NCBI GenBank assembly: GCA_002633005.1
Contig: NMRA01000454.1
Location: 217,733 to 281,732 of the forward strand
DNA: 64,000 bases
Origin: Phoronis australis
Taxonomy: Eukaryota; Animalia; Phoronida
Direction: 5' to 3'
The position numbers were made by a program, and so were the translations under genes. The notes under the pieces are model-generated. The model was not told where the DNA came from and made no database searches. It worked only from the letters and a program-made list of their open reading frames with translations. Positions 13,014 through 25,684 of the stretch are shown here, in pieces; position 1 is the first letter of the stretch; each line of letters begins with the position of its first letter.

Positions 13014-14288
13014 CCCAGCTTCCATAAGGATACCGTTCCTTTTGTTAAATGTAGCGTTCATCATCAATATGGCGAACCGCGTGTCACGCGCTGTCTGGCT
13101 TGCGAGTATAGTGGTGTCTTCTCTCTCTCTATATGTATACAGCTCATTGGTCCAACACGTGTGGACGTTCTTAAAAGAACCAATCAGTGTTAAGGTTAAA
13201 CAGTGTGTTGACTAAACCAATGAGATCGTCATGTTTTGACGTGAATGATAGGTACAAAGGCTGTCAATCATATATCGACTTAGTGAGAGACAAATATAGA
13301 AGTTACAGAACACGGAAGTGTCCCGGAAGTGTGCATGGACATGTATGGCTTCAAGGAATTTCTACGATCAACAGGTACGAATAACGGTGATGGGTACGGC
13401 GACGACAATTTATTTTGATGCGCGTTGGAAGTGCAAAAGAGTTCAGCCAACATGGCAATCAGAAGCGCTACGTTGAACCTCTCGGTGCAAGCTTGTGTAC
13501 TGGAATCGATGTCTCGATGTCTAAATTTGTTGTCGGTTGTGAACGTGACATGAAGTGATGCTGTAGACACCTTTCGACGGACAAAGAGTAGCACGAAACC
13601 GTTACTTTCGTGAAAGCGAAGTAAGTTGACATTTTTGTTGGCTGGGTGTGCTCGACTTGTGACAGGTACTGTGCTGTTAGTGTAGGTTATGCAAAAGAAT
13701 AGAGTCGTACCCCGTGGTATCAATTGTAACTATAGTCTATAGACTACTACGGGAAGGTACTTCTGATCTGGAAAATTATGATGTGCACCCATTTAGAGAG
13801 CGAACTCTATGTAAAGGGCCCAACAGTAAGAAACTGCTCGAAAAACCCACGTTTTGACAAAAAATCCCCCAAAACGCCATTTCTTTGGATTAATTTCATC
13901 AGAGGGAGGTGTGCTTCTCTTGAAATGTGTCACCAAGAGGTCAAATCTTGCTACGAAAAGGGTAGCTAACATACTTGGAAACCAAAAATCCCCTTTTGTA
14001 ATCAGTGACACAAAAAATCATTGAGGGACAAGGAAATTCTATCCTGCCCCTGTACTATAGCAAAAAAGAGATTTTGAATGTGTAACAACGTGACAGAATG
14101 AACTGTGCTCCAATACGCATGAACACTGGACATTCATGCTAGTACCCCAGATTTTTGAGTTATCTATCAACCTTGCAATCTTGTGTGAAAGGTGTTTACA
14201 AAAACTTTGCACCAAAAAGCCATTGCAGTGAGTTTACCCACATGCTTGGGTCTTTCCTATGATTAATAGATCAGGCCCGGCCATCTAT
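13014..14288 (+). repeat. ~1.27-kb block, copy 1 (copy 2 at 17410-18683)
   Basis: About ten differences between the copies by eye; identical or near-identical ORFs at an offset of 4396. Confidence 0.92.
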
Positions 14289-16131
14289 TACACACAACTT
14301 GGTGAGGTACAAAAATATCCTCAGTGTTTTCCTACGTGCCTGGCCTTATAGTTACAGTTTGATAAGTAAGTTCTTGATATTTTACAGGTTGTCTAGTTTA
14401 ACCAGCAGGATACAGAATAGTGTTGCTGATGGTGGTGTTGATCAGGCTTCTGCAGCAAAACTATTGAATTTTGCTCGGAGGTTAATGGAGGAGGCAGATT
14501 GCACATGAATCAAGTGAGCATCTTTGTTTGCCTAGTGTAGTTTTGGCCAGGTAAGTATATTGAATGAGTGCCAGTAGTATGATTACCTCTGTTTAACACA
14601 GCGTAATTTTATTAGGTGAACCGATGCCTATTAACGGTACCAGCATGTTACCTATGACTTTCCTTTGAGATCCCTCTACTGTGAGTGATAGAATTTTCAG
14701 GTTATTCCTACGCGCAGGACTATGTGTTCATTGCTGTCACATTTATTGCACGAGATAACAGAGAACTTATGGATGACTGGTTACTGAATAATAATAACCA
14801 AAAACGTATTTGAAAATCATACTAATGCCGAGATCCCTGGTTTTACATGACCAAAACCCAAATGTTTACATATCAGCATGATATTGTTTACGAATACCTT
14901 AGGTATTTGGTATCCTGTAACTGGTCTACACGAAAGCTCTCTATTTGTTTCTGTAAAATTTCAACGAGAAATGTGTATTACAGGTGAAAACACATGTACA
15001 TCGCAAGCGCAACGATATTTGGATACAATGAAAGTTTGACAAAACCTAATCTCAGAGAGTATAATAAAGGCAACCGTGACTCGGCAAGAGATGGCTGAAT
15101 CAATGGGAATTAGTTCCTCTACCATATCACGTCGACTGAAGTATGTAATAATTTCATTAGCACTTTTCAAGAATTGACGCAGGTACCTGACTAGTGCTTA
15201 AGCTGCTACCAGTTTGATGGACAGGACTTTTAATTACTGGTAATTAACTTTTGTGGTATAGTAAACAATCTTTCCCATATTCTTTGTTTGCACACATTTT
15301 CGGAGTAGTCCGGACATACTTTCTTTGGTCCTGCCAGTTTATATTGAAGGCTTGTGTTTGGGAGGGGGGGGTGAATGAGCCCAATGTTTGGGGGATGTGC
15401 CCGTGATTTTAATTACCTGTTGTCAGAGAGGGCCAGGCCCCCATGAGTCCACCTATGCATGGGTTGCATGCAGCCCAAAACTCTTGATTCTGTTGTTTAA
15501 CAGTGTCTTTGACAAATAGGCCCTAGCGGAGTGATAAAAAGTCCCTATGGAGTGTCTTGGGGCAACACAAACTTATCCAATCGAAGTGAGAAACTGAAAA
15601 ATGTGACCCTATTGGAGTTAAATTCTCGGACGGACTTAGAGGTTAAAAATGACGTTCTGAAATTATTTTGTAGCTAAAAGGCATACAGAAAAAATCAATC
15701 CGCCAATGAGATTACAATGTTTCATTTACACAATTTCTGACCATGAATTATCATCATTTCTCGAAAATCACGCCTTGAATGGCGTGACCATGGCAAAAAA
15801 TCCTTTTTGGCAAATAGGGCTGAAATACAAACCTAAACCACGTAACGCATTACATACTGGTCTACCAAACACAGTACCCTTCCATGCCGTTCTATTTTAA
15901 GCATGTGTACCAAGATTTTCCTTACCCCCTGCTCTCTCTTCCTCATGTCGATACAAGTTTCATTTTTGTAAGGAGAGTGTCCTAAGCTAAATCAGTGTAC
16001 CCTGCCATAAAAATCTAGCACACTTAATTAAAACCTGTCATGAAAATAACCCATTGATGCAGTGAGTACGTTTAATAGTGTCAATATCATGTGATTCCCC
16101 ACTGTGAGTTAATACTTAGACTATGAAATTA

Positions 16132-16560
16132 TTTTTATACACCTGTCTTCAGACTAGCTGCATTATGGTATGACGCTGGCATCGGGCATCCGTCTGATAC
16201 AAGCCTGTCATTGCTTTAACTCCTGAAGTTTTGAATGTATTTCCCAGTCCAATTTGATACATGTAGTTGTTTTTACCAGTAACTCGGACCTATGCAAAAT
16301 TCAGTATCTTGTGATAAAAATAAGCCATTTAGTGGCTTGTTGTGTTTAAGCGTGTCATTGCTGTAGCTCCTACACTTTTCATCAGATTTGTATCAAATTT
16401 GGCTCATACCGTGTTTCCTGATAGCAACTTTGGTGTTGTGCATTTGCTTACAATATAGGTATTTCATGCTGATTAAGGGGATTAAACACAGTTTAAAATT
16501 ATCGATGAATTATTGAAAATTTGTTATTTGGTATTTTGGCATTTGCCTACTAAAAATTTG
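16132..16560 (+). mobile_element. 5' fragment of another HINE/DINE-1-like element
   Basis: TTTTTATACACCTGTC...CATTATGGTATGACG...CATCCGTCTG start followed by degenerate AAATTTGG-type internal repeats; right boundary approximate. Confidence 0.35.
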
Positions 16561-17409
16561 CAGAAATAAATTTGGTTCTCAAAATTAGTTTTTCCATTAC
16601 AGCAAATTAAACACAAGCACCCCTGACAAAAATGAGAAATTTACCTGGTTAACTGAAAATCACCTCTTATTGAAGTTCTTTGAAAAACCGAACGCGTTCA
16701 TTGTACGATGCTAGTTTTAGGTTTAAACGGCCTCAGTCATAATTCCCTGTTGGCTGGCTGTCTCATGCCTGTAAGTAACTGTTTTTGTTGATTTTAGAAC
16801 TTTGGCTTCTACACAAAAAGATATATTGAAGAAAATAGTTTTATGTTTTTATTTTGATGCCCACATACTTGATTTGACCTACGAAAATAAAATTAGTGAT
16901 CAAACAGCATCACATTAGAACCTTCTTAAAATCGCGCAAATTTCAAAATTACGATGCTTTTCACAAGATGGCGATTACGTTATGTTCCGTTAATTATGGA
17001 ATAAGTTTAGTTGATGTGAATTACAAAATTGAGATTTGAATAATATATTCAAAAACTCACTGCTTCTATGAATTAAGAAACACATGCTCAGTTGTGTTTG
17101 TGTTTCTCCCCATGTTTCGTATGGCGTCATTTTCACATTTTGGATCCAGTCCTGGGGAAAATTGATGTCGCGTGTTATCATGTTAAGATTTACTCACAAA
17201 ATTGTAGCACTAAACCAATATTAGCTGAAATAAAAATAAATGAACTGTTTTGTAAATTAGTCACTGTCGCAAAACATCTACTGCTTTTTAAATTTTTGGT
17301 AAACTGTCAAACCCTGTTAAAAAAATAACAGTGCGGTTACTATCCCAATTTGAGACATTTTACATTTGTATTTTAATCTCTTGAATTGGTATGCACACTC
17401 GTGACAGGN

Positions 17410-18683
17410 CCCAGCTTCCATAAGGATACCGTTCCTTTTGTTAAATGTAGCGTTCATCATCAATATGGCGAACCGCGTGTCACGCGCTGTCTGGCTTGCG
17501 AGTATAGTGGTGTCTTCTCTCTCTCTATATGTATACAGCTCATTGGTCCAACACGTGTGGACGTTCTTAAAAGAACCAATCAGTGTTAAGGTTAAACAGT
17601 GTGTTGACTAAACCAATGAGATCGTCATGTTTTGACGTGAATGATAGGTACAAAGGCTGTCAATCATATATCGAGTTAGTGAGAGACAAATATAGAAGTT
17701 ACAGAACACGGAAGTGTCCCGGAAGTGTGCATGGACATGTATGGCTTCAAGGAATTTCTACGATCAACAGGTACGAATAACGGTGATGGGTACGGCGACG
17801 ACAATTTATTTTGATGCGCGTTGGAAGTGCAAAAGAGTTCAGCCAACATGGCAATCAGAAGCGCTACGTTGAACCTCTCGGTGCAAGCTTGTGTACTGGA
17901 ATCGATGTCTCGATGTCTAAATTTGTTGTCGGTTGTGAACGTGACATGAAGTGATGCTGTAGACACCTTTCGACGGACAAAGAGTAGCACGAAACCGTTA
18001 CTTTCGTGAAAGCGAAGTAAGTTGACATTTTTGTTGGCCGGGTGTGCTCGACTTGTGACAGGTACTGTGCTGTTAGTGTAGGTTATGCAAAAGAATAGAG
18101 TCGTACCCCGTGGTATCAATTGTAACTATAGTCTATAGACTACTACGGGAAGGTACTTCTGATCTGGAAAATTATGATGTGCACCCATTTAGAGAGCGAA
18201 CTCTATGTAAAGGGCCCAACAGTAAGAAACTGCTCGAAAAACCCACGTTTTGACAAAAAATCCCCAAAAACGCCATTTGTTTGGATTAATTTCATCAGAG
18301 GGAGGTGTGCTTCTCTTGAAATGTGTCACCAAGAGGTCAAATCTTGCTACGAAAAGGGGAGCTAACATACTTGGAAACCAAAAATCCCCTTTTGTAATCA
18401 GTGACACAAAAAATCATTGAGGGACAAGGAAATTCTATCCTGCCCCTGTACTATAGCAAAAAGAGATTTTGAATGTGTAACAACGTGACCGAATGAACTG
18501 TGCTCCAATACGCATGAACACTGGACATTCATGCTAGTACCCCAGATTTTTGAGTTATCTATCAACCTTGCAATCTTGCGTGAAAGGTGTTTACTAAAAC
18601 TTTGCACCAAAAAGCCATTGCAGTGAGTTTACCCACGTGCTTGGGTCTTTCCTATGATTAATAGATCAGGCCCGGCCATCTAT
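17410..18683 (+). repeat. ~1.27-kb block, copy 2, starting immediately after the N at 17409
   Basis: Direct repeat of 13014-14288. Confidence 0.92.
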
Positions 18684-18693
18684 CTACAAATTG

Positions 18694-19890
18694 GTGACGT
18701 TTTGGGAGGCAAGAATTTCGCGCCAATTTCTTTTAATATAGTATGACTATGAGAGCAGTCGAGTCAGTCATTTTTCTACCTCGGTTGTCGTTTGCTTTTG
18801 CTTACGAATCAGTCAACATACCACGCTGTTGCTGCGTACTGGAGTGTACTCATTATCGTCTCACGTACAGAGGATGAACTGTCCCACTTGCCCGAGTTTC
18901 TTGCGACTCACTCCCACTGGAGGGTGATCTGAGCACCCAAACTGCTTACATCCCGCCGTGTGACCCCCTCGCCACACACCTGACACCTTCTTAATAGCTT
19001 TAATAAAAGTCAACAATAAATTTATCAAACTTAGGCTCAGCAATCTGTTTATTGGATGACGAACTGTCCTCTTCACTGGGTGTCGAACTGGGCCTGTATT
19101 CACTCCCACTACTCAACATCGCTGCAGGGCTGCTCACAGGCTCTGGGCTAGAGACAACAGCACAGGGCGAATCACTGCTAGTTCCCGGAAATGCACGCAA
19201 TGGGGTACTTTCGGAGGCACGGGTGACAGTAGATGAAGTGCCTCCAGTCAATGTATATAGTGGCCAAAGCTCGCGAGGCTTCTCGCTTCAGAAACGCACT
19301 TCTCGAGGTTGGCGACGGTGCCCTGCCGGGAATCAACAGCGACGGTATGGTACCCTTCTTCAGACGTTTTTTCGCAGGGACCTTCATAAATTCAGCGTAC
19401 ATATCTTTGTCGTAATCTGACGGCAGAAAATGCTTGCCACTCACTCGGTAATCCTACACTGCTTTGTACGTTGCGTGGAAGGGTAGCGCTGCGTTCTTCA
19501 CAAGAATGAGCTAACCAAGTACAGCGAAGTGTGTCGTCCTTCGGAAAGCGACGCTAGGTACCCAGGCAAAGCGCATGTGAGACGATAATGAGTACATCCC
19601 GGCACGCAGCAACAGCGTGGCATGTTGACTGACTTGTAAACAAAAGCAAATGGCGATCAAACTTATCACAACTGAGGTAGAACAATGAATGACTCAACAG
19701 CTCTCACAGTGAGATTATAATGAAAAGAAATTGACGCGAAACTCTTGCCTCCGAAAACGTCACTTCCGGAGTAGAGGGCGAGAAATTAATCAAATTACGA
19801 AAAGCTGTAATTAAGTGAAAAATGTGTGTGGGATAATCAACGAACCTTATTTTTGCTAAAAGTGACATGAAAAAAAGGTTGCCTTCGCCT
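18694..19890 (-). mobile_element. Kolobok-like DNA transposon relic with an N-terminal THAP domain
   Basis: Minus-strand terminus TTAA|AGGCGAAGGCAACC (TTAA at 19891-19894). ATG at 19623 gives MPRCCCVPGC..FPKDDTLR.TW..SGKHFLPSDY..LKKGTIPS (THAP), then EPKFDKFIV and GAQITLQWE..SGKWDSS; frameshifted. Confidence 0.7.
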
Positions 19891-20685
19891 TTAATATGTT
19901 TCCTAGTCCTCAGGGAATATGCCAAGTCTTCAAGACTATACAGTGAGATTGCAGACTCAGAACTAGGCTCAGCTGTTTGAGACATAGCCGGTTTGTATTG
20001 TTATACTGCACTTCAAAGTTCAACTGAATTATTTATCACTGGATTATAATTACCATAAAAACCTGCAAATAAGCGCATGTGAAACAATGCATTTTTTGCC
20101 AACTTTTGTACTCAATTTCCGCACATATGAGTGTATGTACTTTGGTTTCGTCATTACGTGCATGCGAGTCACCTCATGCAGATGCACTGTGGTGCTCAGA
20201 TTATAGACCGACTTTTCTTGTTTTGGAAAAAACACTTTTCCACCCAACCCAGGGAGTAACAAAATAGGAGAAATTATACAAAAATATACCAAAATTGTAC
20301 TTTTGTCTTAAGTCTTGAATGTTCATTGAGAAAACTAAGTACGATGTACGTTAATATTTCGAGCATCATGATCAGAGCAAATTCTACTTAAATGTTGGAG
20401 GCACATGTGCTCTCTAAAAAAATTTTACGGTATGTAAGTGTGGATTGCTCGCTTGGCCATCACTGGTCACCTGTACCTAATTCTATTACAGAACTTTTCA
20501 AAATAAACTGGACACTCAGTGGGTAGACATCGACAGAATTCTGTCAGAATCTGTCAAATTTAAACAAACTTCTTGACAGAATTATCTTCCAGTTATTTTG
20601 TTACAGTCAAATAGCGGTTGTCTCGAACTTGAGATAATTATGCATGACTTTATATGAAATAATAACAAAGTAAAGTTTCATATGT

Positions 20686-22158
20686 CTGCCATCTTGTGTC
20701 CTAACTGGGCGTCCGGCTTCTGCATCTATATCCACTAAACCCCTCACAGGATCTTAAAGAGAGTTGACAGCTGTGACCTATCCGACTACCGGTATGCCCC
20801 CTACTGGGAATTTTATTTTTCACGCTTATTTCTATGTCTTCAGAGATCCTCAACAGATTCTCATGAAATTTGAAATATAGTTATCGATCAGTGAGATGAT
20901 GCTAACCTCTCGTTTTTCAGATGTATTTGAGGTAATTTGCGCCACCTAGTGCCCATCTTTATTGTTTTCGAGTCAGTTTGTGGTGTCTGCCACTTCATCA
21001 ACCTGACCACCATGATTATGAAAATTGGCATACAGGTTCTTGCTATGACGAAGATATCTGACGATGATTTTCTGACGACTTGAATTATTGTTTCGCCTTC
21101 TAGTGGCTGTTTTGTTTGTTTTTGAGCCCACGGCTGTATCTCCTTACCGATACGCAGGATCTGTACTTAACTTAGCAAGTGTATTTATATGATGTCTACA
21201 ACAGACTGCGACGGCTTTTGTACGGATCAGACTATCGGTTTGTGCTCCCTAGTTGCAATTTTATATTTTTACATTGACCTCTACATCTTCAAAGTTCCTC
21301 GGCGGATTTTCATCAAATTTTGCATCAATAGGTGGTATGAATCTATTTTCTGTCAATTTCACATTTTCCATTAGTCTGTATTTCTCTGACATTCCTTGAC
21401 GGATTTTCATGAAATTTTATAAATAGCTTTCTATTAAAGAAGTGATGACATTTTTCCATTTTGTTATGGGTTCGATGTATTTTGCATCATCTAGTGGTAA
21501 GTTTTACGTTTTTCTTGTTTATTTTTGGCATCTGTCCCTCTATCAATCAAACAAACCACTGAAAGGATGTTTGTGAAAGTTAGCATATGGTTGTGTACTT
21601 AATGTGAAGAGGTTGGTTGACGGTGTTTTTCGGAGCACTTCCCGTACTGTGGTGCCTTCTAGTGACATTTTTTTGCAGTAATAGCTGTATCTCCTAAACC
21701 CACTGCAGGATCTTTATGAAATTTAGCAAGTGATAACGACTTTCAGACAGATGGACCAATGATGTGCCCTCTGGTAGCAATTTCATTTTTTCTTTTTCCT
21801 CTGTTTCTCTGAAGTTCCTTCACGGATTTTAAAAAAATAATATATAGCATTTTATTAAATACCTCTTTTTCGTTTTGGATGGCTTCAATGCACTTTCCGC
21901 CATTTTTAGGATAAAAATAAACACCCCTAGAAGCACACCATTTGCAGAGCATTTGTGAGTGTATTTCAACGATCTGCGTTGCTCTTGTCCATTCTTGAAG
22001 TCTTCTAATATTGTGAATGCCCACAATTCTTAAAAACTATGTTTGATGGTAGCTTTGGAACAAAATTTGAAAACGAGAAGGCAATAGTTTGGGGATACTA
22101 ATGTTCTATGCAAACAAGCAGAAAAAAATCAGTTGTGCGCCATCTTGTGTCCTAAATT
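20686..22158 (+). repeat. Degenerate internally repetitive element with recurring GCGCCMYCTAGTGG-like cores (~110-240 bp period)
   Basis: Motif variants near 20794, 20939, 21093, 21242, 21484, 21653, 21763 and 21921; GCCATCTTGTGTCCTAA at both ends. Confidence 0.55.
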
Positions 22159-25133
22159 AATGAGATTTTGCCGTACCCAGATTTTGTACAACGGTCACTT
22201 GACTATTATAATTTCCCCTAACTTCTTTCGTATGCTGTCCCGTCATACGACAAGTGTGACACGGGCTTAAGTCACCTGCAATTTCACCCCGTGATTTCTG
22301 CTTATTCACTAAACGGTATTTAGTGGGTCTCAAATGATCAAGTTTCAACTAAGCTATACAATAGATAAGGTCGAGGCAGTTTGTTGAACCCAAAATTAGC
22401 ACCTATTGCCTCCTGAATCATAGTACACCGTTTTTGTTTTACTGCTGTGTGTATTTGTTGAAAACAACTAATCTCTGATAAAAGATAATAGCCCCTGCGA
22501 GACTGAGTGCCTTTGTGAAGCACTGCAAATGTGGTTTCATTGGGTGCCATCAATGTTTGTTGCTAGTTTGCATATCACATTTTTAATATTAAACACTAAC
22601 TGTTTTGAAACATATCTACTACAATTACATCTGTTGTTTTAGATGCTGTTATAGATGGTGACACCCGGTTCCTGGTATACCGGAAGGCATCCTCTGACAA
22701 CTGTTCTAAAACTGTCCTCGGTTGCTTTCAAAAAGCGGTAACGAAATAATGGTGTGCCCTCACGAGTTAGATGTGACCATGGTGCAGAAAATGTACACGT
22801 CTATGAATTCATGGAAATTTCCCGTAGTCAGGACAGAGGGAGTACCATTCAAGGGAAAAGTGTGTACAATCAGAGGATAGAAAGACTGGCGAGATATGTG
22901 GCGTGGTGTCACCAATGTGTATGTTTTGTAGAGGATAAACGTATTTTGGATCCAGATCATCAAATTTCCTTGTGGTGCTTGCACTATGTGTTTACACTCA
23001 AAATCTATCAATCATTAAAAGCCTACCAAGTTCAATGGAACCACCATGGTTTTCAAACAGGGAAGGGCAAGTCATCATGCAAGTTTGTTCAGCAAGTGTA
23101 GGCACTAGTGTAAAGCAATCTCACTGCTGTACCACAACTGTTTGAGAACTTTTTTAAAAACGCTGAGCTACGTTCCCCAGGAAGGAATAGCTCCTGAATG
23201 TTCCCCATGTCCCCTCTCAAGTAACGACCTATCTCGGCTTGAAGAACTTATGTCTTCACTGCACATGAGAGAAATTCACAGCTTAAAAGTGTATCAGAAA
23301 ACATTGCGATGCCTTATTTACAACTTCATGTTCATAGGTGAGGTACTCGTGGTGATTACCAGCTAAAATGGTCTTTCACAAGCTACCAACTTAAAATCTG
23401 CTTCTGCATTAGGTGGGAAGGATTCATTAACCCTTTAGTTTGTTCCGTCAGTGTCTTCCTGTATATGTTTGACGTTGTAATTTGCGGGATTCCGCTCTGG
23501 CTTAAAATGTGATTTTAGAAGCCTGGGCATTAATAAATTTGTGACATGCTCTTGACTTGATGTATTTTTAATTACTAGTCCAAAACTACATTGACAAACA
23601 GAAAACATCCACTTAATCAATCGTCCCGAAGGACGTGTAGCGATAATACAGAATGTTGGTAGCTTTTCTTACATAATTCATTTTCCCAATGGAAATGGCA
23701 TAAGATTACTTTGTGCCAATTTTTATTGGGACATCCAATACTCTATCAGCTGAATGCTTTTGGGACACCTGATATTACCACACCTTCTTGTCTTTTCCTC
23801 GATTGACGCTGTTGAATGTGAAAATGCTACTCCTACGGTAATCTAAAAACAATCATGTTGCTAAGAAATTTCTTGTAATGTGTTGAAAAGAAACAAGGAA
23901 GTATTGTTATGGTATTCCTCTAATTCAAATGTCATGCTTCTGGACACCGTGTGGCTTCTCAATGCGAGTGACATTGTCCCTTTCCTAAAGGCATCTCTAC
24001 TTAATGTTTTAAGTTCAAATGCACGACATGCTTAAGTGTTCCTGCTAATCCATACTCGTGCTTGGCTAGGAAATGCAAGGAACATTTATTAACCTGTATG
24101 AAGGCCGTTACCGACTTAAGGTAGTAAAAAACACACACACGGCAAAACGCAATAAAATGATGCTGTGGTCGGTAAAATATGATAAAACACTTTTCACTCA
24201 CCAGAATTTCGGCAGATGCGCGCGCCCATCCAAAAATTTAGGGATGCAGGGGTCTCGATTTTTTGGGTTTGCGACGTTTTGACAAAAAAAACACTAAACG
24301 GGGTTTGTTCATTGCCTATGCATTGTTTATTCAACCCCCGAGCTCCCCTGGTTGCGGGCATGTGCTAGTCAGCAATTCGCACCCGAACTGCCAAACGGTA
24401 CCCCTAAATCAGCCACTGTAATCCTATGCCTTTCATTCCGTAGGATGTGATTCCGTGGTGGATATCGGTCATGGAGGAGAAACTAGTCTTACCTAGCACA
24501 CGAAACACTCTCGATTGTTTTCGGTTGATATATACCGTGGGCCACTAATCGGGCGCCTTTGCGCCGGCTCCCTGTGCTGACACTGGTTGTCCTCCCCTGA
24601 AGGTGGCAGACTAGCAGTGTCCATATAATCCTACATGGGATCGGCTTATCGCCTATAATTGACCTATATCGACAGGATTTGGGGTGACGGTTTAACTGAC
24701 CAGTTAAAACGCAGAATTATTGACACACCTTCGTTTCCAAGACGCCAGTTTACCCGACAAACAACACGTTGCCGGGTAAAACTTATTGTTTGGTAGTCGA
24801 CATTACGCAGTTGTTTGGTAGTCAATATTACGCAAGGGGCGGAGCTTGCGAAAGGTCAATTCGGTAAAGTCCCTGTGCGGTCTGACGGTCTGGTAGTACC
24901 CTACAGTGTATATAACAGTTGTTCTCAAAATTCTAGTTCGGTGGGCTCTAAAACTCTGTTGCTATCAGTCTCGCCCAAGTGCAGCCAAACTGAAGCAGCC
25001 TTGTGAACATGACTACCTGGCTAAATAATTTTTCAACTGTGTATGCCACTTTTAGTGGCTTCAGGCAAAACATGTCAGATAATACTCTATTAGATCAGCT
25101 TGAGCCATGCATTCATTGATGAAATGAGATCTT

Positions 25134-25684
25134 GGATCGGTCTCTATTATTTGTGCACAAAACCAGCTTAAAATTATTTTTGGCAATTTTTCTACTCCTT
25201 TTGTGCGAACTCAAGATAAGTGGTTATTAGACTGTAGTCGAATATGTTGTATTTCCTTCTGGAGAATAGTTTTTTCATTGGTCTCTAGAGGCATTGCAGT
25301 ATATAAAATGGTCACTTACTTTGAGACCTGGTTGAACAAAGACCTGGCAAACCGTGTCGAAACGTATTGTAACTAAGTCTCTAAGTAAGCGACCATTTAT
25401 ATATTACAAATGTATTCCATGTGTATTAGTTTCTATTCCAAGGTTGCACACGAACATCCTTATATTCGTGATATAAACTGAAGTAAAACCTCGAAATTCG
25501 AGTTCAGACTCGATCTTTAGTTTTATTGATGTGTTTATCAACTGCAAACTAGGACTAAAAAATTATCCACGTAAGTCATTATGTAGTGGAGCATAGAATG
25601 ATAGACACTTAGACCAAGGTAGAGTAGAAAATGTTAAACTTAATTTCGAGTTCCATTTCGAGTGAAACGAATAGAGACCGAGCC
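25134..25684. mobile_element. PIF/Harbinger-type MITE, copy 1, with an internal fold-back insertion
   Basis: TIRs GGATCGGTCTCTA / TAGAGACCGAGCC, CTT/CTG flanks; body is homologous to 40692-41092. Confidence 0.6.

Larger units (their letters stand above)
15045..23330 (+). pseudogene. Intron-containing eukaryotic integrase-core DDE transposase pseudogene (IS3EU-like), broken up by insertions
   Basis: HTH piece QEMAESMGISSSTISRRL(K) ends at 15140|GTATGT; phase-compatible exon 19914-19990 reads EYAKSSRLYSEIADSELGSAV; catalytic exon from 22643 reads AVIDGDTRFLVY...[14 protein letters not shown]...[12 protein letters not shown]...WNHH, with a frameshift. Confidence 0.7.

Noticed and set aside
13280-13723. 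147-aa minus-strand ORF (duplicated at 17676-18119) as a real gene
   Set aside because: Non-ATG start, no recognisable domain, and its conservation only reflects the near-identical duplicate.
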